Under the pieces are notes generated by a model. It was not told the origin of the DNA, ran no database searches, and worked only from the letters and a program-made list of their open reading frames with translations. Positions 17,835 through 26,515 of a stretch of 64,000 bases of DNA are shown piece by piece. Each line of letters opens with the position of its first letter. The first letter of the stretch is position 1. The translations under genes and the position numbers were made by a program. This DNA comes from Lutibacter sp. (GTDB lineage: Bacteria > Bacteroidota > Bacteroidia > Flavobacteriales > Flavobacteriaceae), in assembly GCF_041555395.1 (NCBI RefSeq), contig NZ_JBFFKM010000008.1, positions 936 through 64,935 of the forward strand, given 5' to 3'.

Positions 17835-18859
17835 AAATAGAAGACATAGACGAATTAGGAAAAGAAGAATTTTACGAACATTACAGATATGTTGCCAGCG
17901 AAGGTCAGGAGCCATTGCGGGTGGATAAATATTTAATGAATTTTATAGAATACTCTACTCGAAATAAAATTCAGCAGGCAGCAAAAGCAGGAAATATATT
18001 AGTGAATGACATTCCTGTAAAATCAAACTACAAAGTAAAGGCAAAAGATGTTGTTCGTGTTGTTTTAGCCCATCCGCCTCACGAAAACTTATTGGTTGCC
18101 GAAGACATTCCTTTGGATATTTTATTTGAAGATGATGAGGTTATGGTGGTAAATAAACCTGCAGGAATGGTTGTGCATCCAGGACATGGAAATTACAGCG
18201 GCACTTTGGTGAACGGATTGATTTTTCATATTGAAAATTTACCTACGAATTCTAACGAACGTCCGGGCTTGGTTCATAGAATTGATAAAGATACCAGCGG
18301 TTTGTTGGTGGTGGCAAAAACCGAATTTGCGATGGCTCATTTGTCTAAACAATTTTTTGACAGAACAACAGAACGTTTATATTATGCTTTAGTTTGGGGG
18401 AATATAGCCGAAGAAGAAGGGGTTATTGAAGGACATATAGGAAGAAGTTTAAAAAATCGCTTACAAATGGATGTTTTTCCTACCGGTGAATTTGGAAAAC
18501 CTGCAATTACACATTATAAAGTATTGGAGCGTTTTAGTTATGTTACCTTAATTCAATGTAAATTGGAAACTGGCAGAACGCATCAAATTAGAGCACATGT
18601 GAAACATATTGGACACACACTTTTTAACGATGAACGTTATGGGGGAAATATTATCTTGAAAGGAACAACGTTTACCAAATACAAACAATTTGTAGAAAAT
18701 TGCTTTAAAGTATTGCCAAGACAGGCGCTTCATGCAAAAACGCTGGGTTTTCAGCATCCAATTACGAAAGAATTTATGCAGTTCAATTCTGAAATGCCTC
18801 AAGACATGCAATTGTGTTTAGAGAAATGGAGAAGCTATACCATAAATCAAAAAGATTGA
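17831..18859 (+). CDS. rluD: RluA-family pseudouridine synthase (RluD-like, with S4 domain)
   Basis: RVDKYL S4, NKPAGMVVHPG, HRIDKDTSGL, LETGRTHQIRAH, RQALHA. Confidence 0.9.
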   Translation: MKIEDIDELGKEEFYEHYRYVASEGQEPLRVDKYLMNFIEYSTRNKIQQAAKAGNILVNDIPVKSNYKVKAKDVVRVVLAHPPHENLLVAEDIPLDILFEDDEVMVVNKPAGMVVHPGHGNYSGTLVNGLIFHIENLPTNSNERPGLVHRIDKDTSGLLVVAKTEFAMAHLSKQFFDRTTERLYYALVWGNIAEEEGVIEGHIGRSLKNRLQMDVFPTGEFGKPAITHYKVLERFSYVTLIQCKLETGRTHQIRAHVKHIGHTLFNDERYGGNIILKGTTFTKYKQFVENCFKVLPRQALHAKTLGFQHPITKEFMQFNSEMPQDMQLCLEKWRSYTINQKD

Positions 18860-18860
18860 A

Positions 18861-19490
18861 ATGAAAGAATTTGATGTTGAAAACTGGAACAGAAAAGCGC
18901 AATACCAATTTTTTAAAACGTATGCAGATCCTTTTTTTAATATTACTGCCAATTTAGAAGTCGCTAATCTTTACAAGTATTGCAAACAACATCATTTGTC
19001 GTTTTCGTTGGCTTGTTTATATGTTGCTTTAAAATCAGCAAATGATATTACCGAATTTAAATTGCGATTTAAAAACGATAAAATTTACTTATTTGATAAC
19101 GTAAATATTGGCGCCACTGTTTTAAATGATGACCTAACTTTTTCATTTTGCGATTTCGAGTTTCAGAAAACGATGTCTGAATTTGATATTAAGGGTAAAA
19201 TAGTGCTCGAAAATCATAAAAATGGAATCGTATTTAATGTTCAGGATAATAATCTGGGCATTATTCATTGCTCAACAATTCCCTGGGTTTCTTTTACCGG
19301 ATTTAAGCATGCAAGAAAGGGAAATGAAGGCTTGCAAGGAATTCCAAAATTGGTTTTCGGTAAATTATTTACAGAAAATGAAATTCAAAAAATCCCTTTT
19401 TCGGTGGAAGTTCACCACGCATTAATGGATGGTTATCACGTTGGATTGCTCTACAAAAAAATACAGCAATTTATAGATGAGCTGATTTAA
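18861..19490 (+). CDS. Chloramphenicol acetyltransferase (CatA-type) family protein
   Basis: WNRKAQYQFF, STIPWVSFTGF, PKLVFGK, catalytic HHALMDGYH. Confidence 0.85.
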   Translation: MKEFDVENWNRKAQYQFFKTYADPFFNITANLEVANLYKYCKQHHLSFSLACLYVALKSANDITEFKLRFKNDKIYLFDNVNIGATVLNDDLTFSFCDFEFQKTMSEFDIKGKIVLENHKNGIVFNVQDNNLGIIHCSTIPWVSFTGFKHARKGNEGLQGIPKLVFGKLFTENEIQKIPFSVEVHHALMDGYHVGLLYKKIQQFIDELI

Positions 19491-19684
19491 CAACGAAGAA
19501 TTTGAATAAATACGAATCCTAATCTTAGTTACAAGATTGCAAAATGCAGATTATTTCAATAATAATTTTGAAAAACGCGAATATTTATTAATTAATTTTT
19601 AATTTTAATCAATTGTTTTTAAAATTCAATTATAAAATTGTATGGTTGGATGAATTTCAACTAAAAAAAGATAAAAAATAATTA

Positions 19685-20443
19685 ATGAAAATCGTTATAT
19701 CACCAGCTAAATCATTGGATTATGAGACTCCAATTTCCACAAAGCAATTTACCCAAGGAATTTTCTTAGAAGAATCCGCAAAAATAAATACTGTTTTAAA
19801 AAAGAAATCACCAAAACAACTTTCTGAATTAATGAGTATTTCCCCAAATTTAGGTGAATTAAATTGGCAACGAAGTCAGGAATGGGAATTGCCTTTTACG
19901 CTAAAAAATTCACGCCAGGCAATATTTGCTTTTAAAGGAGATGTTTATTTGGGCCTGGATGCTTATTCCTTGCCGCTTGATAAATTGGATCAACTCCAAA
20001 ATAAATTAAGAATCTTGTCAGGACAATATGGTTTGCTAAAACCCTTAGATTTGATGCAGCCTTATCGTTTGGAGATGGGGACTAAATTAAAGATTGATAA
20101 AAAGGAGAATTTATACCAGTTTTGGGGTGATACGATTACTGAGAAATTAAATATGGAACTTGCTGAAAATGAATTATTTGTTAACTTAGCTAGCCAAGAG
20201 TATTTTAAAGTTGTAAAACCAGCGTTATTGAAAGTTCCAATAATTACGCCCGTTTTTAAAGATTTTAAGGATGGAAAATTAAAAATAATTGCTTTTTTTG
20301 CCAAAAAAGCGAGGGGTTTAATGGTTCGTTTCATCATTGATCACCATATTGAAACTATAGAGGGTTTGAAAAATTTTAATTATGATCGCTATGCTTTTGA
20401 CGCAAACTTATCCTCAGAAAATGAGTTGGTTTTTACGCGATAA
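19685..20443 (+). CDS. yaaA: Peroxide stress protein YaaA
   Basis: ISPAKSLD, AIFAFKGDVY, LSGQYGLLKPLDLMQPYRLEMG, NLASQEY, AKKARG. Confidence 0.95.
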   Translation: MKIVISPAKSLDYETPISTKQFTQGIFLEESAKINTVLKKKSPKQLSELMSISPNLGELNWQRSQEWELPFTLKNSRQAIFAFKGDVYLGLDAYSLPLDKLDQLQNKLRILSGQYGLLKPLDLMQPYRLEMGTKLKIDKKENLYQFWGDTITEKLNMELAENELFVNLASQEYFKVVKPALLKVPIITPVFKDFKDGKLKIIAFFAKKARGLMVRFIIDHHIETIEGLKNFNYDRYAFDANLSSENELVFTR

Positions 20444-20479
20444 ATTTAGATTTTTTTTAATTTGTATTGATTTTTTATA

Positions 20480-20487
20480 TAAGTTTG
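20480..20487 (+). promoter_or_regulatory. -7 element (TAAGTTTG), probable speA operon promoter
   Basis: Exact TAnnTTTG about 280 nt upstream of speA ATG. Confidence 0.5.
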
Positions 20488-20765
20488 CGCCAACGTTTTT
20501 AAAGGCCATAAAGAAAATTAGTTTTTTATCATCTAACGCTAATGTTTTCAAGTCTTTAAAACACAAAATTATTGAAAAATATAACGAAGAATTAAGCATT
20601 TTAATGACTTCTTTTAAACACATTTTAATGTTGTTCAGCCCATTGAAAGTTGTTAGGTTTAAAAAAAATTATTTAGTATTAAGAGTATAAATATAACAAA
20701 CCTTTTTTGAACTTAATATTAGTCGAAAAATGACTACCCTATTAATTGTAAAATTAAAATACTAA

Positions 20766-22163
20766 ATGAACACAAAATACATCGATTTAATAAGCCAAAC
20801 ATTCGATTTTCCCCAAGAAGAATTTGAGGTTGACTCCGATAAAAACTTACATTTTCATGATATTGACACGATGCAGTTGGTTGAAGAATTTGGAACACCC
20901 TTAAAATTCACCTACTTACCAAAAATTAGCGAGAATATTCAACAAGCGAAAGAATGGTTTCATAAATCCATGAAGACGCATAAATATAAAGCTAAATATC
21001 ATTATTGTTATTGCACTAAAAGCTCTCATTTTAAACATGTGCTGGATGAAGCATTAAAAAATGATATTCATATTGAAACGTCTTCTGCAGTTGATATTGA
21101 TATTGTTGAGAATTTAAAAAAAGACGGTAAAATAACGGATAAAACTTTTATTTTATGTAATGGCTTCAAGAGAGATGATTACATTACAAATATTCAAAGG
21201 TTAATCAATAACGGTCATAAAAATTGTATTCCAATTATTGATAATTATGAAGAAATAGGGTTACTTACTGAAGGAACCAAAAAGAAAATAAACATAGGTA
21301 TCAGAATTGCTTCTGAAGAAGAACCAAAGTTTGAATTTTACACCTCTCGATTGGGAATTGGATATAAAAATATTGTTGATTTTTATAGGCGTGAAGTAAA
21401 AGACAATCATAAGGTGAACCTAAAAATGCTGCATTTCTTTATCAATACGGGTATTAAAGACAATGCCTATTATTGGAATGAATTAAGCAAATGTTTAAAG
21501 GTCTACATCAATTTGAAAAGAATTTGTCCAAGTTTGGACAGCTTAAACATTGGTGGTGGATTTCCAATAAAAAATTCCTTGGCTTTTAATTACGATTATG
21601 AATATATGATTGGTGAAATTATCAGTCAAATAAAGGAAGCCTGTGATGATGCAGAGGTACAAGTGCCACATTTATTTACTGAATTTGGTAGTTATACGGT
21701 AGGAGAGAGTGGAGGAGCTATTTACAAGGTTTTATACCAAAAAAAGCAAAACGACAGAGAAAGATGGAATATGATAAACTCTTCGTTTATAACCACATTG
21801 CCAGACAGTTGGGCGATAAATAAGCGATTTATTTTATTGCCTTTAAACCGCTGGAACGATGTTTATGAACGGGTGTTGTTAGGAGGTTTAACTTGTGACA
21901 GTGATGATTATTACAATTCGGAACAGCATATAAATGCCATTTATTTACCGATTTATAAAGAAGAAAAACCACTGTATTTAGGTTTTTTTAATACAGGCGC
22001 ATATCAGGAATCAATAGGAGGTTACGGAGGTTTACAGCATTGTTTAATTCCACAGCCGAAACATATTATTATATCAAAAAATAACGAAGGAAAACTAGAA
22101 TTTAAAGTGTTTAAAGAAAAACAAACAGCAAGCGATTTTTTAAAAATATTAGGTTATGAATAA
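20766..22163 (+). CDS. speA: Arginine decarboxylase (PLP, alanine-racemase fold)
   Basis: YCYCTKSSHF PLP lysine, CNGFK, FYTSRLG, LHFF, NIGGGF, TEFG, GGLTCDSDDYY, GAYQESIG. Confidence 0.88.
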   Translation: MNTKYIDLISQTFDFPQEEFEVDSDKNLHFHDIDTMQLVEEFGTPLKFTYLPKISENIQQAKEWFHKSMKTHKYKAKYHYCYCTKSSHFKHVLDEALKNDIHIETSSAVDIDIVENLKKDGKITDKTFILCNGFKRDDYITNIQRLINNGHKNCIPIIDNYEEIGLLTEGTKKKINIGIRIASEEEPKFEFYTSRLGIGYKNIVDFYRREVKDNHKVNLKMLHFFINTGIKDNAYYWNELSKCLKVYINLKRICPSLDSLNIGGGFPIKNSLAFNYDYEYMIGEIISQIKEACDDAEVQVPHLFTEFGSYTVGESGGAIYKVLYQKKQNDRERWNMINSSFITTLPDSWAINKRFILLPLNRWNDVYERVLLGGLTCDSDDYYNSEQHINAIYLPIYKEEKPLYLGFFNTGAYQESIGGYGGLQHCLIPQPKHIIISKNNEGKLEFKVFKEKQTASDFLKILGYE

Positions 22164-23091
22164 AAGAACTTACGCAGGGATATCTGAACAATATGCCAAA
22201 ATTGAAACTTCAAAAATAGTTTTGATTCCTGTTCCGTATGATGGAACAAGTACTTGGCAAAAAGGAGCCGATAAAGGGCCTGAAGCATTTTTAAATGCTT
22301 CAGACAATATGGAACTTTACGATATTGAAACCGATTCTGAAGTTTATAAAAATGGAATTCATTTGGCTGATGCCGTTACTGAGAATTCTTCTCCTGAAAA
22401 AATGGTTGCTGCGGTTCATGCAGTTACCAAAACTTTTATCAGAAAAAATAAATTTGTTACCATTATAGGTGGTGAACACGCTATTTCTATTGGAACTATA
22501 AGAGCTTTTAATGAATGTTTCAATGATTTAACGGTGGTTCAAATTGACGCTCATGCCGATTTAAGAAAGGAATATAACGGATCAGCCTGCAATCATGCCT
22601 GTACGGCATACGAAGCAAGTCAAAATACCAATTTAATTCAAGTGGGTATTAGAAGTATGGATGCAATTGAAAAAACGGTAATGGATGAAGATAAAGTGTT
22701 TTTTGCTCATGAAATGGCCATAGATGATTATTGGATGGAAAATGCCATTGACTTAATGACTAAAAATGTATTTATAACTTTTGATTTGGATGCCTTTGAC
22801 CCTTCAATCTTGCCTGCAACGGGTACGCCTGAACCAGGAGGATTACTTTGGTACGAAACATTGGATTTTTTGAAAAAAATATTCAAACAAAAGAATGTGG
22901 TCGGATTTGATATCGCTGAATTGTGTCCGAATGAAAAAGACAAATCATCAGATTTTCTTGCCGCAAAATTGTATTATAAAATGTTGAGTTATAAGTTTAA
23001 TAACTTGGAATTAGACGATTACGAAAATGAATCTGGTTTTAAAGAACCAAATAATAAATCAACAAAATTTGAAGACGAGGATTATGACTAA
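22156..23091 (+). CDS. speB: Agmatinase
   Basis: GGEHAIS, IDAHADLR, GIRS, TFDLDAFDPS, GTPEPGG. Confidence 0.93.
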   Translation: MNKRTYAGISEQYAKIETSKIVLIPVPYDGTSTWQKGADKGPEAFLNASDNMELYDIETDSEVYKNGIHLADAVTENSSPEKMVAAVHAVTKTFIRKNKFVTIIGGEHAISIGTIRAFNECFNDLTVVQIDAHADLRKEYNGSACNHACTAYEASQNTNLIQVGIRSMDAIEKTVMDEDKVFFAHEMAIDDYWMENAIDLMTKNVFITFDLDAFDPSILPATGTPEPGGLLWYETLDFLKKIFKQKNVVGFDIAELCPNEKDKSSDFLAAKLYYKMLSYKFNNLELDDYENESGFKEPNNKSTKFEDEDYD

Positions 23092-24058
23092 TAAAGGAGA
23101 AATTTCACAATTTATTGAAAAGTATTACTTGCACTTTAATTCCGCAGCACTGGTTGATGCAGCTAAAGCTTATGAAGATCAGTTAGCTGCCGGCTCAAAA
23201 ATGTTGGTTTCTTTGGCAGGAGCAATGAGTACCGCTGAAATAGGAAAAATATTTTCTGAAATGATCAGACAGGACAAAGTTCAAATAATTTCCTGTACTG
23301 GTGCGAATTTGGAAGAAGATGTTATGAATTTGGTGGCTCATTCCCATTACAAAAGAGTGCCAAATTATAGGGATTTAACTCCTCAGGATGAGTGGGATTT
23401 AATGGAAAGTGGATTGAACAGGGTTACTGATACCTGTATTCCTGAAGAAGAAGCTTTTAGAAGATTGCAAAAACATATTTTCAAAATTTGGAAAGATGCC
23501 GAAGATAAAGGAGAAAGATTTTTCCCGCATGAATTTATGTACAAATTGGTGCTTTCAGGAGTGTTGAAACAATATTATGAAATTGACCCAAAAAATAGTT
23601 GGATGATTGCTGCTGCTGAAGCCAATTTGCCAATGGTGGTTCCGGGCTGGGAAGACAGTACTATGGGAAATATTTTCGCTTCCTACGTGTTAAAAGGGGA
23701 ACTTAAAGCAAGTACAATGAAATCTGGAATTGAATATATGACTTTCTTAGCCGATTGGTATACTGAAAATTCTAAAACCGGTATTGGATTCTTCCAAATA
23801 GGTGGTGGAATTGCAGGTGATTTCCCAATTTGTGTGGTACCAATGTTATACCAAGATTTAGAACGTACCGACACGCCATTTTGGAGTTATTTTTGTCAGG
23901 TTTCAGATTCTACCACAAGTTATGGATCATATTCCGGCGCGGTTCCAAATGAGAAAATAACCTGGGGAAAATTAGACATTAATACACCGAAATTTATAAT
24001 AGAATCTGACGCAACTATTGTTGTGCCGTTAATTTTTGCCTATTTATTAAATATGTAA
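23084..24058 (+). CDS. Deoxyhypusine synthase-like protein (probable homospermidine synthase)
   Basis: AGAMSTAE, CTGANLEED, PGWEDST, IGGGIAGDF, SYSGAVPNEKITWGK, ESDATIVVP; operon with speA-speB; start set at MTNK (23084). Confidence 0.85.
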   Translation: MTNKGEISQFIEKYYLHFNSAALVDAAKAYEDQLAAGSKMLVSLAGAMSTAEIGKIFSEMIRQDKVQIISCTGANLEEDVMNLVAHSHYKRVPNYRDLTPQDEWDLMESGLNRVTDTCIPEEEAFRRLQKHIFKIWKDAEDKGERFFPHEFMYKLVLSGVLKQYYEIDPKNSWMIAAAEANLPMVVPGWEDSTMGNIFASYVLKGELKASTMKSGIEYMTFLADWYTENSKTGIGFFQIGGGIAGDFPICVVPMLYQDLERTDTPFWSYFCQVSDSTTSYGSYSGAVPNEKITWGKLDINTPKFIIESDATIVVPLIFAYLLNM

Positions 24059-24067
24059 TTGAAGTTT

Positions 24068-24364
24068 ATGAAAAGAGTAATAGTAGATTATAGTAAATTA
24101 ACAAGTGAGATATTAGACTTATTGGTTGAAAAATTTCCAACCGGATATGGGTATAAAGACATCATTACCTTTAAAAACGCTAAAGGTGAAACGGTTAGGG
24201 CAGTGGAGGTAAGTTTTGAGGATACGATATATCTTGTTAAAATAAGTCTGAAACTGGAAGAAACCATGGAGGACTATGATGCTGATGAGGATAATTTTGA
24301 GGATGTATATGACAGTGATATTGAAGATATCGCAGATGAGGAAAGTGACGGGGAGGAAGATTAA
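24068..24364 (+). CDS. Conserved hypothetical protein with acidic C-terminal tail
   Basis: 98-aa ORF 9 nt after the DHS-like stop; tail DYDADEDNFEDVYDSDIEDIADEESDGEED. Confidence 0.8.
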   Translation: MKRVIVDYSKLTSEILDLLVEKFPTGYGYKDIITFKNAKGETVRAVEVSFEDTIYLVKISLKLEETMEDYDADEDNFEDVYDSDIEDIADEESDGEED

Positions 24365-24410
24365 TCCAATTCATTAAAATACTTCAATATTGAATAATCA
24401 AAAAAAGGAT

Positions 24411-24443
24411 AATAAGAAACCCGCAAATTGCGGGTTTCTTATT
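24411..24443. terminator. Bidirectional intrinsic terminator
   Basis: AATAAGAAACCCGCAA-A-TTGCGGGTTTCTTATT perfect inverted repeat between convergent genes. Confidence 0.85.
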
Positions 24444-24455
24444 TATATATAAATA

Positions 24456-24794
24456 CTAATTGTACTTAGACTCTTGGCCCAATTCTTTTACCAATTCATA
24501 ATAAACAATAGCTCTGTATTTATTTCTGTTTGATTTTCCTACCTTTTCAATTACAGATTCAACTGCATGGTCTAATTTCGGACTGTCAGTCAATCCTAAT
24601 TTTTTCATCAAAAAGTTCTTTTTTAAAGTCTCAAGTTCCTTTTTATCGGAACCTGATACAGTTTCAGCATCAGCTTTGTAAATTGAAGGCCCTAAGCCTT
24701 TAGTTACTTTTGTCAATAAATCGGCATCAAATTTAAGACCCAATTTCTTCATTTCACTTTGATAAAGTGCAATTTTTTCATCGAATTTACTCAT
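24456..24794 (-). CDS. DUF2853 family protein
   Basis: DLLTKVTKGLGPSIY, KELETLKKNFLMKKLGL, RNKYRAIVYY pattern. Confidence 0.8.
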   Translation of the reverse strand: MSKFDEKIALYQSEMKKLGLKFDADLLTKVTKGLGPSIYKADAETVSGSDKKELETLKKNFLMKKLGLTDSPKLDHAVESVIEKVGKSNRNKYRAIVYYELVKELGQESKYN

Positions 24795-24871
24795 GATTAC
24801 AATTATTTAAATTAAAAATAGAATTCTCTACTTAAAGTTAAAAAATAATATTGATAAAAAATAAATTTTCG

Positions 24872-26296
24872 CTAACAATCTGAAATATTAACACTTACGG
24901 CCAAACCGCCTTCTGAAGTTTCTTTGTATTTTGAATTCATGTCTTTTGCTGTTTCCCACATAGTTGCAATAACTTTATCCAGCGGTACTTTGGCATTTAA
25001 AGCATCAGATTCCAATGCCAACTCAGCTGCATGGATGGCTTTTATGGCGCCCATGGCATTGCGTTCAATGCAAGGAATTTGCACCAAGCCGCCAATGGGA
25101 TCACAGGTTAGTCCTAAATGATGTTCCATCGCAATTTCACTGGCCATTAAAACTTGTTCCGGGCTTCCGCCAAGCAATTCTGTTAATGCACCTGCCGCCA
25201 TGGCCGATGATACGCCAATTTCTGCTTGGCAGCCTCCCATAGCTGCTGAAATGGTTGCGCCTTTTTTAAAGATGCTGCCAATTTCTCCGGCGACCAATAA
25301 AAATTGTTTCACATGTTCAAAATTCGCCTGGTGATTTTCAATAACCATATAATACATTAAAACAGCAGGAATCACGCCTGCGCTTCCATTTGTTGGCGCG
25401 GTTACAACCCTTCCTAACGATGCATTTACTTCGTTTACGCTTAAGGCCAAACAACTTACCCATTTTAAAATTTCCCTAAACTTAATTTCAGTTTTTCTTA
25501 TGGATTGTAACCATTCAGCAGGAGAGTTGTAGGTGAAATCAATATGTAATTTTTGATGAATGTCATAGGCTCGGCGTCTTACATTCAATCCGCCAGGAAG
25601 CGTTCCGGATGTATGGCAACCAATATACATGCACTCAAGCATGGTATTCCAAATTCTATTAATTTGATGGTCAATTTCCTCATCGCTTTTTAACGATCTT
25701 TCATTTTCCAAAACAATTTCTGATATTTTTAAATTTTCCTGATTACAATAAAGCGCCAATTCTTTGGCTATTTGTATTGGATAGGGAAAGGTTTTATGAA
25801 TTTTAATGTTTTCTTTGGCGTGGATCAATTCTTCTCTCACGACAAATCCGCCACCAATGGAGTAATAGGTATCTGAAGAAATTTCCACACTTTTTTCATA
25901 CGCAGTAAATTTTATTCCGTTTGCATGAAATGGCAAAAACTCTCTGTTAAAAATTATGTCTGCAGTTGCGTCAAATGCAATTAAATTTGTTCCTCCAAAA
26001 TTTATTTTTTTATCGGTTTGAATTGTTTTTGTTACAGGAATAATTGCTTCAGTAGGAATATGTTCCGGGTCCTTTCCTGACAAGCCCAAAAGTATGGCCA
26101 AATCAGAAGCATGGCCTTTGCCGGTTAATGAAAGAGAACCATATAAATCGACCTTTATTGACGTAACTTTGGTGAAATTATTTTCTTTTTTAAGATGATT
26201 AATCCATCTTTCAGCAGCCCGCCATGGACCCAAAGTATGTGAACTTGAAGGACCGATTCCTATCTTTAACATATCAAAAATCGAAATACACTCCAT
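24872..26296 (-). CDS. sdaA: L-serine ammonia-lyase, Fe-S dependent
   Basis: GIGPSSSHTLGP, YSIGGGF, VTAPTNGSAG, ISAAMGGCQAEIG, MEHHLGLTCDPIGGLVQIPCIERN. Confidence 0.96.
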   Translation of the reverse strand: MECISIFDMLKIGIGPSSSHTLGPWRAAERWINHLKKENNFTKVTSIKVDLYGSLSLTGKGHASDLAILLGLSGKDPEHIPTEAIIPVTKTIQTDKKINFGGTNLIAFDATADIIFNREFLPFHANGIKFTAYEKSVEISSDTYYSIGGGFVVREELIHAKENIKIHKTFPYPIQIAKELALYCNQENLKISEIVLENERSLKSDEEIDHQINRIWNTMLECMYIGCHTSGTLPGGLNVRRRAYDIHQKLHIDFTYNSPAEWLQSIRKTEIKFREILKWVSCLALSVNEVNASLGRVVTAPTNGSAGVIPAVLMYYMVIENHQANFEHVKQFLLVAGEIGSIFKKGATISAAMGGCQAEIGVSSAMAAGALTELLGGSPEQVLMASEIAMEHHLGLTCDPIGGLVQIPCIERNAMGAIKAIHAAELALESDALNAKVPLDKVIATMWETAKDMNSKYKETSEGGLAVSVNISDC

Positions 26297-26408
26297 TTTT
26301 ACCGTTTATTAAAAAGTATGTAAATATATAATATTGCGATATATCCCTATCATTTTTATGAAATTTATGCTACACAAAGCGGGTTCAGTGACAAATAAAG
26401 GAAGTCAT

Positions 26409-26426
26409 TTGTGATAATTATGACAA
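26409..26426. promoter_or_regulatory. Palindromic operator-like site upstream of dnaK
   Basis: TTGTGA-TAATTA-TGACAA near-perfect dyad. Confidence 0.35.
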
Positions 26427-26445
26427 GTTGACATAATTTTTGTAA

Positions 26446-26460
26446 TGGCATAATCATTGA
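26446..26460 (+). promoter_or_regulatory. Sigma54-like -24/-12 promoter for dnaK
   Basis: TGGCAT-N5-TTGA; no TAnnTTTG or CIRCE seen in this spacer. Confidence 0.5.
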
Positions 26461-26515
26461 ATAATGTAATTCTGAGTTTAAAAATATAAAATCATAAAAT
26501 TAAATATATATCGTT

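Noticed and set aside
19491-19684. OxyR/Fur operator upstream of yaaA
   Set aside because: Region is extremely AT-rich, so partial matches are expected by chance.
20382-20690. 102-aa + ORF and 69-aa - ORF in the yaaA-speA spacer as genes
   Set aside because: They overlap the yaaA end and the promoter, are AT-rich and have no motif; only the short ATG 20604 part is kept as a speculative uORF.
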